From positions 392,939 through 456,938 of the forward strand of contig NW_015170904.1 in assembly GCF_001447785.1 (NCBI RefSeq): a stretch of DNA of 64,000 nucleotides, written 5' to 3'. Of the stretch, positions 36,700 to 49,158 are shown piece after piece. The stretch's first letter is position 1. Every line of letters begins with the position of its first letter. The notes under the pieces were generated by a model. The model did no database searches. It saw nothing but the letters and a program-made list of their open reading frames with translations, and was not told the origin of the DNA. The DNA comes from Gekko japonicus (Eukaryota). The translations under genes were made by a program, and so were the position numbers.

Positions 36700-38405
36700 T
36701 TTATTTATTTATTTATTTTATTTGTTTAATTTGTATCCCACCCTCCCTGCTAAGGCAGCTTACAGAATACACACACACACACACAACAGGATAGGTTAAA
36801 ACATGGAATTTAAATAAAACAAAAACTTATAAAATCATAGGTGCTAGTAAACATAGGTACTAATAGGTGCTAATAAGTGATGGCGGCAGTCTCTCGGCAT
36901 CCAGATGGTCAACTACCACCATAGTCTGGGTTCTTGCCAGGCTGTTGGTTATTAAGTTGGTGCTGGTATTGGGTGATGGAATTGGGGCCAGGGCCATAAT
37001 ATTGGGAGGTGGCACCCTAATCGAAAGCCTGGTGGAAGAGCTCCATTTTACAGGGCCTATGGAACTGTAAAAGGTCCCGCGGGGCCCTGATGTCATCTGG
37101 GAGCTCATTCCACCAGTATGGGGCCACCACAGAGAAGGCCCTGGCCCTTGTCACAGCTAGCCTGGCTTCTTTAGGGCCTGGAAGGGCCAGATGGTTTTGG
37201 AACCCTGATCTTAATGCTCTCTGGGGAACGTGAGGGGAACGGTGGTCCCTTAGGTAAGTAGGTCCTTGACTATATAGGGCTTTAAAGATAAGAACCAGCA
37301 CCTTGAACCAAATCCGGTATGCTATAGGCAGCCAGTGCAGTGATTTTAGGGCAGGCTGGATGTGCTCCCACATAAGGAATCACAACAACAGCCTCGCCGT
37401 TGCATTCAGCACCAGCTGTAGCTCCCGGATTTGGGACAAGGGCAGCCCCATGTAGAGAGAATTACAGTAATCCAATCTTGAGGTGACCATTGCATGGATC
37501 ACTGTTGCTAGGTCGTTGCATTCAAAGAAGGGAACCAACTGCTTGATCAGCCGAAGGTGATAAAAGACAGACTTCACGGTGGCTGCTACCTGGGCTTCCA
37601 TCGTTAAGGAGGCATCCAGGAGCACTCCCAAGCTCCTAACCTACGGCGCTGACAACAACGGCGCCCCATTGAAGGTCAGGAGTGGGATCCCTGACCTTGG
37701 CCCACTCCAACTCAGGCATAGGATCTCCGTCTTCATTGGATTCAATTTCAGTCAATTCAGTCTAACCCAACCAGCCACAGCTTTCATCACCAAGTCCAGA
37801 TCTCTCAGACTAGAGTCTGAATGGCCATCCAACAACAGATAGAGCTGGGTGTCATCCGCATATTGGTGACAACCCAGTTCGTGACTCCGGGCAATCTGGG
37901 CAAGGGGGTGCATATAGATGTTGAATAGCATTGGGGAAAGCACCGCTCCTTGGGGCACCCCACAAATTAGCGGGTGCCTTTTGGATAGCTGTTCCTCAAT
38001 GACTGCCCTTTGTCCCCGACCCTGAAGGAACGAGGAGAGCCACTGCAAGGCAAACCCCTGAATCCCAGTGTCGGTGAGGTGGTGGATCAGTAGTTGGTGG
38101 TCGACCGTTGAACGCTGCCGACAGGTCTAACAACAACACTGCTGTGCCGCCTCGATCCAGATGCCTCCGGAGATCATCTGTGAGGGCAACCAGGATCGTC
38201 TCTGTCCCATGGCCCGGTCAGAAAATGGACTGGAAGGGGTCTAATATGGAGGTGTCATCCAAAACACCTTGCAGTTGAATCACCTCCACCCTCTCAATTA
38301 GTTTTCTCAAGTAGGGCAAATTGGATACCGGCCGGTAATTAGCTAATTCAGCTGGATCCAAGGATTTTTTTTTCAGGAGAGGGCGGACCACCATTTCCTT
38401 CAGTG
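36700..38405 (-). mobile_element. L2-clade LINE, 5' truncated (RT and 3' region)
   Basis: GVPQGAVLSPMLFNIY...HQYADDTQLY, VTSRLDYCNSLY, LHWLPIAYRI; (taaa)n tail; frameshifted. Confidence 0.92.
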
Positions 38406-38549
38406 TACTTGGGAACAGTCCCTCAACAAGGGACTTGTTGATGATCTCCCTAAGTGCACCTTGTAACCCATCAGTACTTTCTGCCTTCTTAGAGCACTTT
38501 GAGACCAGACAACAGGGCTGTTATTGTGCACAGGGCAATCATTGTGTAG

Positions 38550-39087
38550 CATTGGTTCATGGTTCATAGCTGAACCAGAAACTGAACCACAAACCTGTAC
38601 AAACCAGGAACTTGGTTCACAAACCGACCCAGTTCCAATCCGCTCATGAGCCATTTAAAGTTTAACTCCCTGCTTTCTACTCCCTGCAGCTTTTCATGGG
38701 CAGCAGAAAGCAGGGGTTTCTAAACAGCTGAGTCATGCGGAGCAGTTTGCTCTGTGTGCATCAGCTGTTTAAAGGGTCTTTCTTTGGCAGCCAGCCTGAA
38801 GCTCAGAGCCATTTAAACCCCTGCTTTCTGCTCCCTGTGGCTTTTCATGGGGAACAGAAAGTGGTGGTTCCGAGACATTTAAACCAAACAGCTGAGCTGT
38901 TTTTCGTAAAGAGCAGAAAGTATGGGTTTAAACCCGCTTTCTGCTCTTCACCAACTACCACAAACCACATTAAAAATTGTGAACATTTGTGGTGGTTCTT
39001 CAGTTTACAAACATTACTTTGGGAACCACAAACCGGCCAAAAATGGTGACAAACTTTAGTTCATCAGCCAGTTCATGCCCATCCCTA
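38550..39087. mobile_element. hAT-like non-autonomous element (one clear TIR)
   Basis: Ends gttcatgcccatcccta; subterminal gaacc/aaacc repeats; internal inverted repeats. Confidence 0.55.
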
Positions 39088-39199
39088 CTGGCAACATTTA
39101 TTTAATTTATTGATATGACTGATTTTGTAAAACATGACAGAAAGGTGCCCTGATTTATCAGCCAACAGATTTTGAACTTTTAAATGGTTAAATGGTTGA

Positions 39200-39405
39200 G
39201 AGCCAGCTTGGTGTAGCTTGGTGTTGTGGTTAAGATTGGTGGACTCTAATATGGAGAACCAGGTTTGATTCCCCACTACTACACATGAAGCCAGCTGGGT
39301 GACCTTGGATCAGTCACAGTTCTCTCAAAACTTTCTCAGCCCCACCTACCTCACAGGGTGTCTGTTGTGGAGAGGGGAAGGGAAGGCAATTTCATGCCAC
39401 TCCGA
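39200..39405 (+). mobile_element. tRNA-derived SINE (Squam3-like)
   Basis: A and B boxes; paralogous body. Confidence 0.8.
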
Positions 39406-39540
39406 GATACACACATATGTACATATGCATATGACATCTTAAAACAGGCATTTTCTCCTGCACGAGAAATTTTACGGTACACCTGTTCAAAGGTGGTGCC
39501 TATTTTGACAGATGCATACGTCATCTCTCCTTATATATAA

Positions 39541-41180
39541 CTAGCAGTAAAGCCCGTTGTGAAAGCAATACAACGGGATCTAGAAAGAGGCTCTGGGGCA
39601 GTGCTCTGGCTTTGGGCAAACAGTGTCAGTTTGCTGTGGTGACCTCAGCAGGGTATAATGACAGAGTCCACTGTTTTCTCCAGAGGAACTGATCTCTGCT
39701 ACCTGAAGAGCAGTTGTAATTGTGAGTGATCTGTAGCCCTCACCTGGAGATTGGCAGCAATTGTTACCCAGGACAAAATGGCTGGTTTGGAGGGTGTAGT
39801 CTATGGCATTCTACCTGTCTGAGGTCCCACCCCTCCGCAAACCCCACCCTCTCCAGGCTCCGCCCCTCAAATCCCCAGGAATTTGTCAGCATGTAGTTGG
39901 CAACCCCATCTCCTTCCCAGCTAACCATCAACCTACCATTATCTGCCCATTTGACTTCAGCTGACTTCTGCCCTCTCTTCTGCAGAGCAGTTGTAATTCT
40001 GAGTGCTCTCCAGCCCTCACCTGGAGATTGGCAACAATGGTTCCCTATGAGGGACTGAGTGGTTTGTAGGGTGGAGTCTATGGCATTGCACCTGTCTGAG
40101 GTCCCACCCCTCCTCAAACCTCACCCTCTTCAGGCTCCATCCCTCAAATCTCCAGGGATTTCCCATCTGGAGTTGGCAACCCTATCAGGACTGGTCCCAA
40201 TGTGTTTTCTCCCAAAGGCCAAAGTAGGTGACAGGACCAAGCTTAGTTGCCTACCAACAGGCACTGAGGGGAATGTAGGGTTGCCAGCTCTAAGGAGGGA
40301 AATACCTGGAGGTTTGGGGGGTGGATTCTGTAGAGGGCAGCATGGGGCGGGGGGGGGGCGAAGGACTCAGCAGGTATAATGTCATAGGGTCTACCCTCCA
40401 AAGCATCCATTTTCTCCAGGGGAACTGATCTCTGTCATCTGGAGATCAATTGTAACAGTGGGAGATCTCCAGGTCCCACCTGGAGATTGGCAACCCTAGG
40501 GGAAAGTCAGCTGCACAGCAGGGGGTTGAAGAGAATGGTTTGATGGCTGCTGGGCCAAGATTGGCAACAATAGTTCCCCAGGAGCCCCATCGTAAATGCA
40601 CCAAACAATTCCTAAAGATTTTCCAAAACACTACTCTGTTTTGGGCTCCTGGGGAACTTTGAAGTAGCACCAAAGCTTTAAGATCTCTCCAGCTGTCACC
40701 TGGAGACTGGCAACAGCTTGTCTGGAGTGTGGGCAGCATGGCATTGTATCTGTCTGAGGTCCCCCTCTTCCTCCTCCTCCTCAGATTCCACCCTCAGCAG
40801 GCTTCATCCCTAAAATATCCTGGAAGTTTCCAACCTGGAGTTGGCAACCCTATGTCCTGGAGTTCGAACCGGGAGTTGGCAACCATCAGCCAACGTTTAT
40901 CTGCCTGTCTGTCTTTACAACCCCCCCCCACACACACACACACAGCCTCTGCCTAGGGAGCAGCTGACATCATTCTCCTCTCCAAACTGAAAATTCCAAC
41001 TGCCTTGCGGGGGGGGGGGGAGTTTGAGGTGTGGAATAGAGTGAAGTCCAATCAGCTTCCATATGCAAAAGACCTTGAAACGCAGCCAGTGTCGTCTGAG
41101 TGGCAGTTCTTCTGGCGAAACACTAAAGGCGGGCATTTTAGAACGTTGGTCCCCACTACTACTTTATTATAAGGGAGAGA
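39541..41180 (-). mobile_element. Inner non-autonomous Helitron
   Basis: Minus strand A|TCtctcccttataataaag ... cccgttgt-N-acaacggg hairpin, CTAG|T; 3' part colinear with 25125-25520. Confidence 0.82.
40276..40498. mobile_element. hAT MITE nested in a Helitron
   Basis: TIRs tagggttgcca / tggcaacccta; TSD ggggaatg / ggggaaag. Confidence 0.85.
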
Positions 41181-41581
41181 TTCTGTTTTGGTCATGGACT
41201 TCCCTGAACATTCCAACATGCTCCGAAATCAGTTGGCTGAATGATCTGTCATTCAGAGGGTCTCTCTATCCACTGGCTGCATTGCCTGAGTCCTGCCTCC
41301 AACATTCTAAACAGTTTGCCAGTCGGAACACAGAGGTCATTTGCATATGCGGCCTGATTGGTCTTTGCCTCTAACATTCTAAACAGTTTGCTGTTGCTGT
41401 TGGGAGTCATTGAACGTGTCCTGAGGTAAAATTGCCAGTCTCCCTGTGGGGCCTGGATATCTCCCAGAAATCACCATGTTCCCCAGCCACAGCAAATCAT
41501 TTCCCCTACAGAAAATTTCCCAGCTATTACAACTGATCTCCAGATTACCAAGATCAGTTCTCCTGGACTGTATGGCATTAT

Positions 41582-41601
41582 NNNNNNNNNNNNNNNNNNN
41601 N
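41582..41601. other. Assembly gap
   Basis: N run. Confidence 1.
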
Positions 41602-42880
41602 CAAACCCTGCCCTCCCCAGGCTCTACCCCTCAAATCTTCAGGTATTTCCCAACCCAGAGTTGGCAACCATGTAATTGGCTTATGGAACCACTTTCCAGA
41701 CCCTTGGAACCAAGAAAACATGGCACAGGAGGAGGTGCTTTTCTACCTTAGCTGCCACTGCAGAACACCCCCTCCCCCCAAAAAATAATAAATCAGAGGT
41801 GGAGGGAACCATACCTGTTACCATGAGGCTGTCCTCCCATACTACCCACTTGGGGCAGCAAAATGACTTGAGACACCCCTGCCTTATAGCTAAGCAGAAG
41901 GAAAGAAACACGGCTTGCCCCTTCCCTTTGCCACCCCACCAACCATAGCCAGGACATTCATCTGGAGCTTCCATCTAGAGTTCCCACAACGGGCCTAACT
42001 CCTAGTCTAAAATAAAGGACAGTGGTTCCTTCCCCCCTTAAAATGATTCCTTTATGACATAAAATGAGCAGATTGGCATTGGAAGATGCCTGTTCATGCT
42101 AAATATGTTTAATTGTACATTCTGGTCAAAAATATGTGTATATTATGTCTCACATGAATCCCTTCTCTGGTAAAGTACTTTTTTTTAGCCCTTCCTTGTC
42201 TTCCTGATTTCCCTCTTGTTTGTACTTTTCCTGTTGTTGTTTTTTAATGGTATTTCTTGTAGATAATTTTTTACTGCTGTAAAATTCAGTGAGTTGGATT
42301 CCATCTACTATCAGGGTACCAGAGATCGGGCATTTTCCACCTCTAACTTCTTGATGCATCCTGATGTGCTACTGAAATTCTGGTTCTGGGTATTTGTGTA
42401 CTCTAAGAGCATGGGGGGGCCTTCAATGGGAAGGGAAGAGTGTCAGAAATCTCATACAAGCAGAAGTGTTGCTTGAATGAGTGCAACAAGACATAAGATT
42501 CAACCAACCCATGCACTTATTTATTTATTTATAGAATTTATCTTTCTGTTCCCATCAGGGCCACCAAGGTAGCTGATTAAAGCATAGTAAAGCCACATCT
42601 TAAAAACCATTGAAGCCAAATAAAAACATGTAATTTGAACAATTAAAACCAAGTTAAAACATACATAAAATACACATACATGAAACAACAATTAAAAAAC
42701 AGAGCTGGAAGGAGGAATCACTGAGGGAATGCCAGAGAAACCAACCAAACAAAAAGCATCCCCCTCATATAAGATGGCAACAGAAGAGGTCAGACAAATC
42801 TCAATGGAGAGAGAGTTCCAGAATTTTGGTGCCATGACTGAGAAGGCCCTCTCCTGAGTTGCCAACTGCCTGGTTTCAAA

Positions 42881-43152
42881 AGAAGAAGAGATTGGATTTG
42901 TACCTTGCCCTTCACAAGTCTCAGAGTGGCTTACAATCTCCTTTCCCTTCCCCTCTCCACAACCAACACCCTGTGAGGTAGGTGGGGCTGAGAGAGCTCT
43001 TTCGAGAACTGCTCGTGAGAGAACAGCTTTGAAAGAACTTGTGACTGACCCAAGGTCACATCAGTAGCTGCGTATGGAGGTGTGGGGAAATCAAACCCGG
43101 TTCTCCCATATTAGAGTCCGCATTCCTAACCACTACACCAAACTGGCTCTCA
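42881..43152 (-). mobile_element. tRNA-derived SINE (Squam3-like)
   Basis: Paralogue of 1287-1545; tcaaaaga on both sides. Confidence 0.85.
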
Positions 43153-43639
43153 AAAGACAAAGGTACCCAAAGAAGGGCCTCTGAGGATGATTGTAGTAGT
43201 TGGATAGGTCATAAGGGAGTAGGCAGTCCATCAGATATGCTGGTTCCAAGCCATATAGGGCTTTAAAGGTCAATACCAGCACCTTGAATCGTGCCTGGAA
43301 ACAGACTCAGATCCAGTGTAAATAGGACAAGACTGTAGTGATATGGTTCCTATAACCCATCCTGGCCACGACATTCTATACCAATTAAAGTTTCCAAACA
43401 CTTCTCAAGGGTGCCCCCCCCCCCACAGAGTGCATTGTAATCTCATCTAGATGTAACCAAGGGCATGCACCACAGAGGCTACCTCTGGCTAACTAGTCAA
43501 AGCTGGTAAAAATGCACTCCTGGCCACAGCGTTAGCCTGTTTATCCAGCAGCAGGCCCAGGTCCAAGAGAAACCCCAAACGATGTACTTGTTTCTTCCAG
43601 GGGAGTGCAATACCATCCAGAATAGGTAACACTTTAAGT

Positions 43640-44067
43640 CAGGGGTGTCGAACTCATTTGTTACGAGGGCCAGATATGACAAAAATGTCACTTTGTCAGG
43701 CTGGGCCATGTGTGCCATAAAATGTAATACCGGGTACTGGAGATATAAACTGTATAAAGGACAGCAGCTGGTAAGCTCTGAGTTGGTGTATCCCCACCGC
43801 AAGACTGGGGCCGGGGGGCAAACACACAAAGGAAAACCCATATGGGGGGACTGGAGAGCCAGCAGTGCAGCACTGTGCAGATGCTCCTATGCTGCTTGAC
43901 TGTTGCAGACGAGGTTGTTCCGCCATGCTGAAGCCACAATCAGAGTGGCTCCACCCACTCCCTCCCAGCAGTCTCCTGTTCCCTCCCTTGCACGAGTTGC
44001 TTGCGGGCTGCATCAGAATCCTGGACAGGCTGGTTCCAGGCCCCAGGCCTTATGTTTGACACCCCTG
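43640..44067. mobile_element. Non-autonomous hAT (Charlie-like) element
   Basis: TIRs caggggtgtcgaac / gtttgacacccctg; TSD ctttaagt / ctttaaat. Confidence 0.88.
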
Positions 44068-44521
44068 CTTTAAATCCTGGGTCAGGCTTTCCACTCATCC
44101 AGTAGCACTTCTGTCCTGTGCGGATTAAGTTTCAGTTTATTAGCCTGCATCCACTCCAAAACTGCCTCCAGGTATCAGTTCAGGGTTTCTAGAGATTGTG
44201 GGATCAGCTGGAAGTGTGAGACAGAGCTGAGTGTCATCCGCATATTGTTGATGACACAGCCAAAATTTCTGATGACTTCACCCAGCGGTCTTATGTAGAT
44301 GTCAACATTTGTCAAAAATGTTGGATAAAGATCTCCTTTTTAAAAAATGGAACAGTAATAAAGTTCTGCCATTACTGTGGCAATACTACTTAGTTGCGTT
44401 TCATTTGCAGTGTGACCAGAAAACTGTGGTTTAACTATGCTGCCCCCTTCCACAGCACAAAGGACAGTTTCCATCTTTTACAATGATCTAAGTTCTTTCA
44501 ACACACTGCATCACACACACA

Positions 44522-44947
44522 CAGGGGTCATTTCGTAGAAACAGAGGTGCAGGAGCTCATTAGCATAACTCATTAGCTTAACTTATTTGCATATGCCACA
44601 CCCCCTGACATCACGGGAAGTGTGTCAGAAGGCAACACCCACCGCTCAGACTCCACTGGACTGTTTTGGATTGCTAGCTATTGGGGGGGGGGGAACGTGC
44701 AGATCTGTCCTCGCAAAGCAGGGAGAGCTTCTACCTGAATAAAACTTGGTCTTAAAGGTGCCACTGGACTGTTTTGGACTAGGGGGCCAGGCGGCGGGGG
44801 GTGGGGCTCTGCAGCTTACCTGGCTGCTTCTTGCTTTGACTGAGGGCTGCTGGGAGCAGGGGATGGGGCTTGTTGCATGTGTCCGCCCCCTGGGCTCTTT
44901 ACTGCCAGAGCTCTGCTCCTGTGCGCTCCTGCAGCAAATGACCCCTG
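44522..44947. mobile_element. Non-autonomous hAT element
   Basis: TIRs caggggtcattt / aaatgacccctg; TSD cacacaca / cacataca. Confidence 0.85.
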
Positions 44948-45688
44948 CACATACATATTCTTTCTGAGAGACTACCTTCTTATCAGTATTAATCTAGGCA
45001 GTGGTGGTCTTTGTGATGCTTAAGCAGTTTGCTCCTCTTCCCCCGACACCTAATATAATGTGGCAGGTGTTTCATGTAGAGTCACCTTTCTTGTGGCCAT
45101 TCAGTTTTTCTCCTTCAAATATGTATGCATGAGTCTGGGTGGGTGGGCAAGAGATTGCATACATCAAGCTTTCAAACATAAGAGCCTCTCTACATTACAT
45201 GCTACATGACTGTTGTGGCACGTGGTCATGCTTGACAGAGTGGAGGAGCACACCACTGCTCTCCTTTCTTCTCTCCATCATAAAAAGATTGTCTCCACCT
45301 AGGTAAGGCTATCACACGTGACTTTTTCTCCTGAAAATGTTTATTGGATGGCAACAGATGTTAAGAACTTGTAGAGACGTTTTTGCTGGATGTGAACTGT
45401 TGAATAAATCTCAGGCCATCTCCGAGGCTTATAGGGTATGCAAAATCTGCATGAAAGGTGATTATGTCTTTACAAGTAGGATAAGGGTGCACCTCCTAAT
45501 AACTGTGTGTGCAAAACAGATTGCATCACTTCGCTCATGACACTTTGTTGTGGGAAAGTAAGACACAGGGCATAAATTTTACAATAGGTCTCAAGGAGAG
45601 GGTTATAACATCTTTGCTTGTACCCTCATTCTGAAAACAGCAGTGGTCTATGGTGAAACAAGCTATTGTAAGCTGGAATCCCCGATAT

Positions 45689-45973
45689 AGCCACTTTGAT
45701 GTAGTGCTTAAGAGTGTGGACTCTAATTTGGGAGAACCGGCGTTGATTCCCTACTCCTCCTCATGCAGCTGCTGGTGTGACCATGGGTCAGTCATAAGTT
45801 CTTTCAGAGCTGTTCTCTCAAGGACAGTTCTGAAGAGAGCTCTCTCAGCCCCACCTACCTCATAGGGTGTCTGTTGTGGGGAGAGGAAGGGAAAAAGGGA
45901 TTGTGAGCCGCTCTAAGACTCCTTCGAGTAGAAAAGGGCGGGGGATAAATCCAATGTCCTCCTTCTCCTCCTC
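45689..45973 (+). mobile_element. tRNA-derived SINE (Squam3-like)
   Basis: A and B boxes, body, (tcc/ttc)n tail. Confidence 0.85.
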
Positions 45974-48279
45974 TAATTCGGCCAACCATTTTTTAAAAAA
46001 ATACCGATACAATGCTTATGATCTTATGCATATACCAGTTACTCTCCTGTGGTCCTGATCTGACTGAGATCCAGCCATGCCCGGGAATTACATTGCCAGC
46101 ATAGAAGTCCCATATCATAATCTGTCGAAAATTCACATGTGCACCCTATGGGGCTGTGTGATGTGTGAATTGGCCCTCATAAAATACACAGTCACTTGTC
46201 TGCTGGCTTTGCCTCTGGCTCCTCTACTCTTTTAGTGAGATTCTGTTCCTAAAACTGCCTATTATCATGGCAGTGCCAAATGCTGCTACTCCTGCTTTTA
46301 TAATGACTGCATTCCATTAGTTAAAATAAAATCAAAAGGAAATTCACTATCACAATTTTAAAGACTTTTCATGTGTCTGATATCACAACTGATTTGGGAA
46401 GAATGTCGTACATAATATATTGTCTGGAGTCCATTGTTTTAAATACTTTAAAAAGAACCCTGCTGCTACAATTTACCGATCTGGCTTGCCATGCCTTTAG
46501 GCGGGGGGAGGGGGGAGATTTTTTCTGCACGAGCAGAAAGCAGGAACAGAGTTCTGCAATAACAACAATAATAATCAAATCATTTGGTATTGAATATATT
46601 GGTTATTTATTTATTCCAACTGGAAAATCGAGCATTGTGTTAATGTATTTTATATGAATTATACTGCTTGATGAAATGGCTAATTTATTTTATCATATAC
46701 ATAAATAGCTAGCAGTTTTCAGTAGGACAAGCTAATGAAAATGATGCTATGAAATTGTCTACAGTATGAGGAGTGATGGAGTAAAGTTATTATTGGTTGA
46801 GTGCTAAGACGTTAGTGAACTGGCCATCATGTCTTTGAACTTTTGAACTGCTAGTTGTTTGTGTGATTTATTGATTTTGATATCTTCCTGTGTTAAGTTG
46901 TTCTTTATTAATTCTCCCATGCATTTATTTATTTTATTGTATGCTGGCTGCACAAAGAGAATTGTACATTGTCTGCACTCTCTGAAAATTCAGAAGCCGA
47001 AGCTAGGTTTGTTTTAGCAGATAGCTTGTTTTCAAGCTTACGATACCATGATGGACAAGGGAAATAGAAGTAACATTATGGAATTTGGGGACCAATGGCT
47101 TGTAAATACAGATGTGTGCTGCGTTTCTCTGCCTCTCTGCTCATCCAGAGTTTCAACTTGATACTAAATTTGTCCCTCCCTACCTTGTGCTACCACACTC
47201 TCTGGCTCTTCTAGTCCTGGTCTATTGTATCATCCTAGTGGCCTGAAACATGGGGAACATCACTAGACCCCTGAGCCTTTTCCCGAGAAAATGTGCTTTT
47301 GTCTTTCGCTTGTCTAGTGACTGATGCTAACTGGTAATGCTGCAAAATACTTTCAGTGACCTGAACTCTTGTCACATCTTCCTGGCAGGGTAAGACCTTG
47401 GAAACTGTCTTCCTTCTTACCACTGTTTCCATCCTCCCACCCCCAAGCTGACTTTGAATATTTAGATTTAGTACGGGACTTGCACCTCTAGATGCTTATC
47501 TCTTCAGCTGCAATTTTGAGCCCAGTCCCATTGATTTCCTGGGACTTCAGGATTGCCAGGATTTAAGTGTGACTGGTGTCAGTAGAACATAATTCTTGCA
47601 TAACAAAGCATAGGTTTGCAGCCTTCTTGTAGGGAGAGTCTGCTTTTTTATCAGAGCCTGGCAACTTCTTTTGTAAGTGATGCTGTGATTTTTAAATGTG
47701 TCTCTTTTGTACTGTAGAATTTTGGGGGGGAGGGGGGTCTTCTGTGGGAGCTACTTGATTGGCATATGCTTAGTGCTGCTTCTAATTAAATAACTTGACA
47801 CCAGCCTTTAAAATGTTGAATAAAAATGCTTTTAGCATGTAAAACTGCCAAACTTGCATGTGCTTGCCCAACTTACTCTGCTAGTTAAGGTGAGGTTGTT
47901 CCATGGATACTTGGACTTTGACTTGCTTCTAGCACTTTAAAAAAAAGTTTTATTGTTAAATAACTACTATTAATGTTCATATCCTGCTAATAATTCTGCA
48001 GGAACGCTCCAAAACGCTGGGTGTATGTCCTGCTAATTACACTGGAATGACTGTTATGGGGATGCTGAGAGCTCCTTTTAATGTCGTTGTTATTATTATT
48101 ATTATTATTTTAAAAACCCTTAAAATACAAGTTTGGAAGCTAGAAATACTCTTTTCTCTCCCCCCCCCCCCCCCCGCCTAACTAGAAAACAAAACATGTG
48201 GGAAAGGCTAAAAACAGGGCTGACACCAACACCATTAGCTGAAAGCAAGCAAGGGGGAAAAAAAATCCCATTTCATTGC

Positions 48280-49158
48280 AACTATGTTATTGTTTACTTT
48301 ACCATACACATCCTAATATGGTTACCTCCCTGTCAAAGCCGGCCGAGCCAGGGGCTGAGGGGCCCCCTCAGGGAGAAGCTTCGAACTGCTTCGCAGACAA
48401 TAAGAAACAAACGGCACAACTCCACAAAAGGCTTCCCGGAAAATAAGTGTCAAGTAAATCTTAAAGAACTCTGCCTACTGACACGCAGCTCTCTCTGTAT
48501 ATGTAAACCAGCGCCGTGCCATGCTGCCTGAGCTGAGATGCGTTTGTTTGGAAATATAAGTCACTGTGAGCATTTTAAGGGGGTGGGTGGGTGGTTGTTT
48601 CTTTTTAATTAATTTTGAAGGCAGTGGATTAATTCCTTGAAACATATCTTTACATGCGCCTTCCCCGAGTAATGTATGCTGTGGAGCCTTTTGCTAGGAA
48701 CGTTAAGGTAAGAATGCCGACTGAGCCTGGGACCTTTGTCAGTCAGGTTCAAAATTGATAAAGACGTTTGCTTTATTTAAAAAAAAAAAGGCAACCAAAC
48801 AAGCATGTGCTTCTTTAGATATTTCAGACCTCCTTCCAAACCGAGATGTGTTATTTCTCTTGATTGTCATGCCTACATCCTTCAAAATGCCACTAGTTGT
48901 AGACGCTGGGGGAGCAGAGGTGCACTCAGTCCTGTATAAACAGTGCCACAGATGCAAATGGTATGCCGCGACCAATTGTCAGCTAGACCAGTTTCTTTTT
49001 TAGAGGCTTTTCTGTTGTTTTTTTCGCCCCCTTCTTCTTCATCTTCGTCATCTTCTCTACTTGTGATTACTCTGAGAACCTTTGGCTGTTCCAAAAAAAT
49101 CTTCGCAGTCTTGAGGCTTGCCAGTTATTATCTGCAGGACCCAGAACAAAAGGTAGGT
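48280..49158 (+). promoter_or_regulatory. Candidate promoter and non-coding first exon(s) of an unidentified host gene
   Basis: Repeat-free; FOX tgtttac 48291, CArG cctaatatgg 48312-48321, STAT ttcccggaa 48433-48441, tataaa 48935, octamer 48952, ccaat 48972; donors aag|gtaaga (48707) and aag|gtaggt (49152). Confidence 0.4.

Larger units (their letters stand above)
39524..42005 (+). mobile_element. Outer non-autonomous Helitron
   Basis: A|TCtctccttatatataa start; 41181-41330 colinear with the 5' part of the 25125-26058 Helitron; acaacgggcctaactcCTAG|T end (left hairpin arm lost). Confidence 0.7.
42515..44305 (-). mobile_element. Old L2 LINE with nested SINE and hAT
   Basis: Minus strand caatatgcggatgacactcagctc (QYADDTQL) near 44230-44250; L2 3' motifs; (taaa)n tail. 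Confidence 0.75.

Noticed and set aside
39660-40890. CRISPR-like or regular repeat array
   Set aside because: Irregularly spaced, diverged MITE fragments in a eukaryotic Helitron; no cas genes
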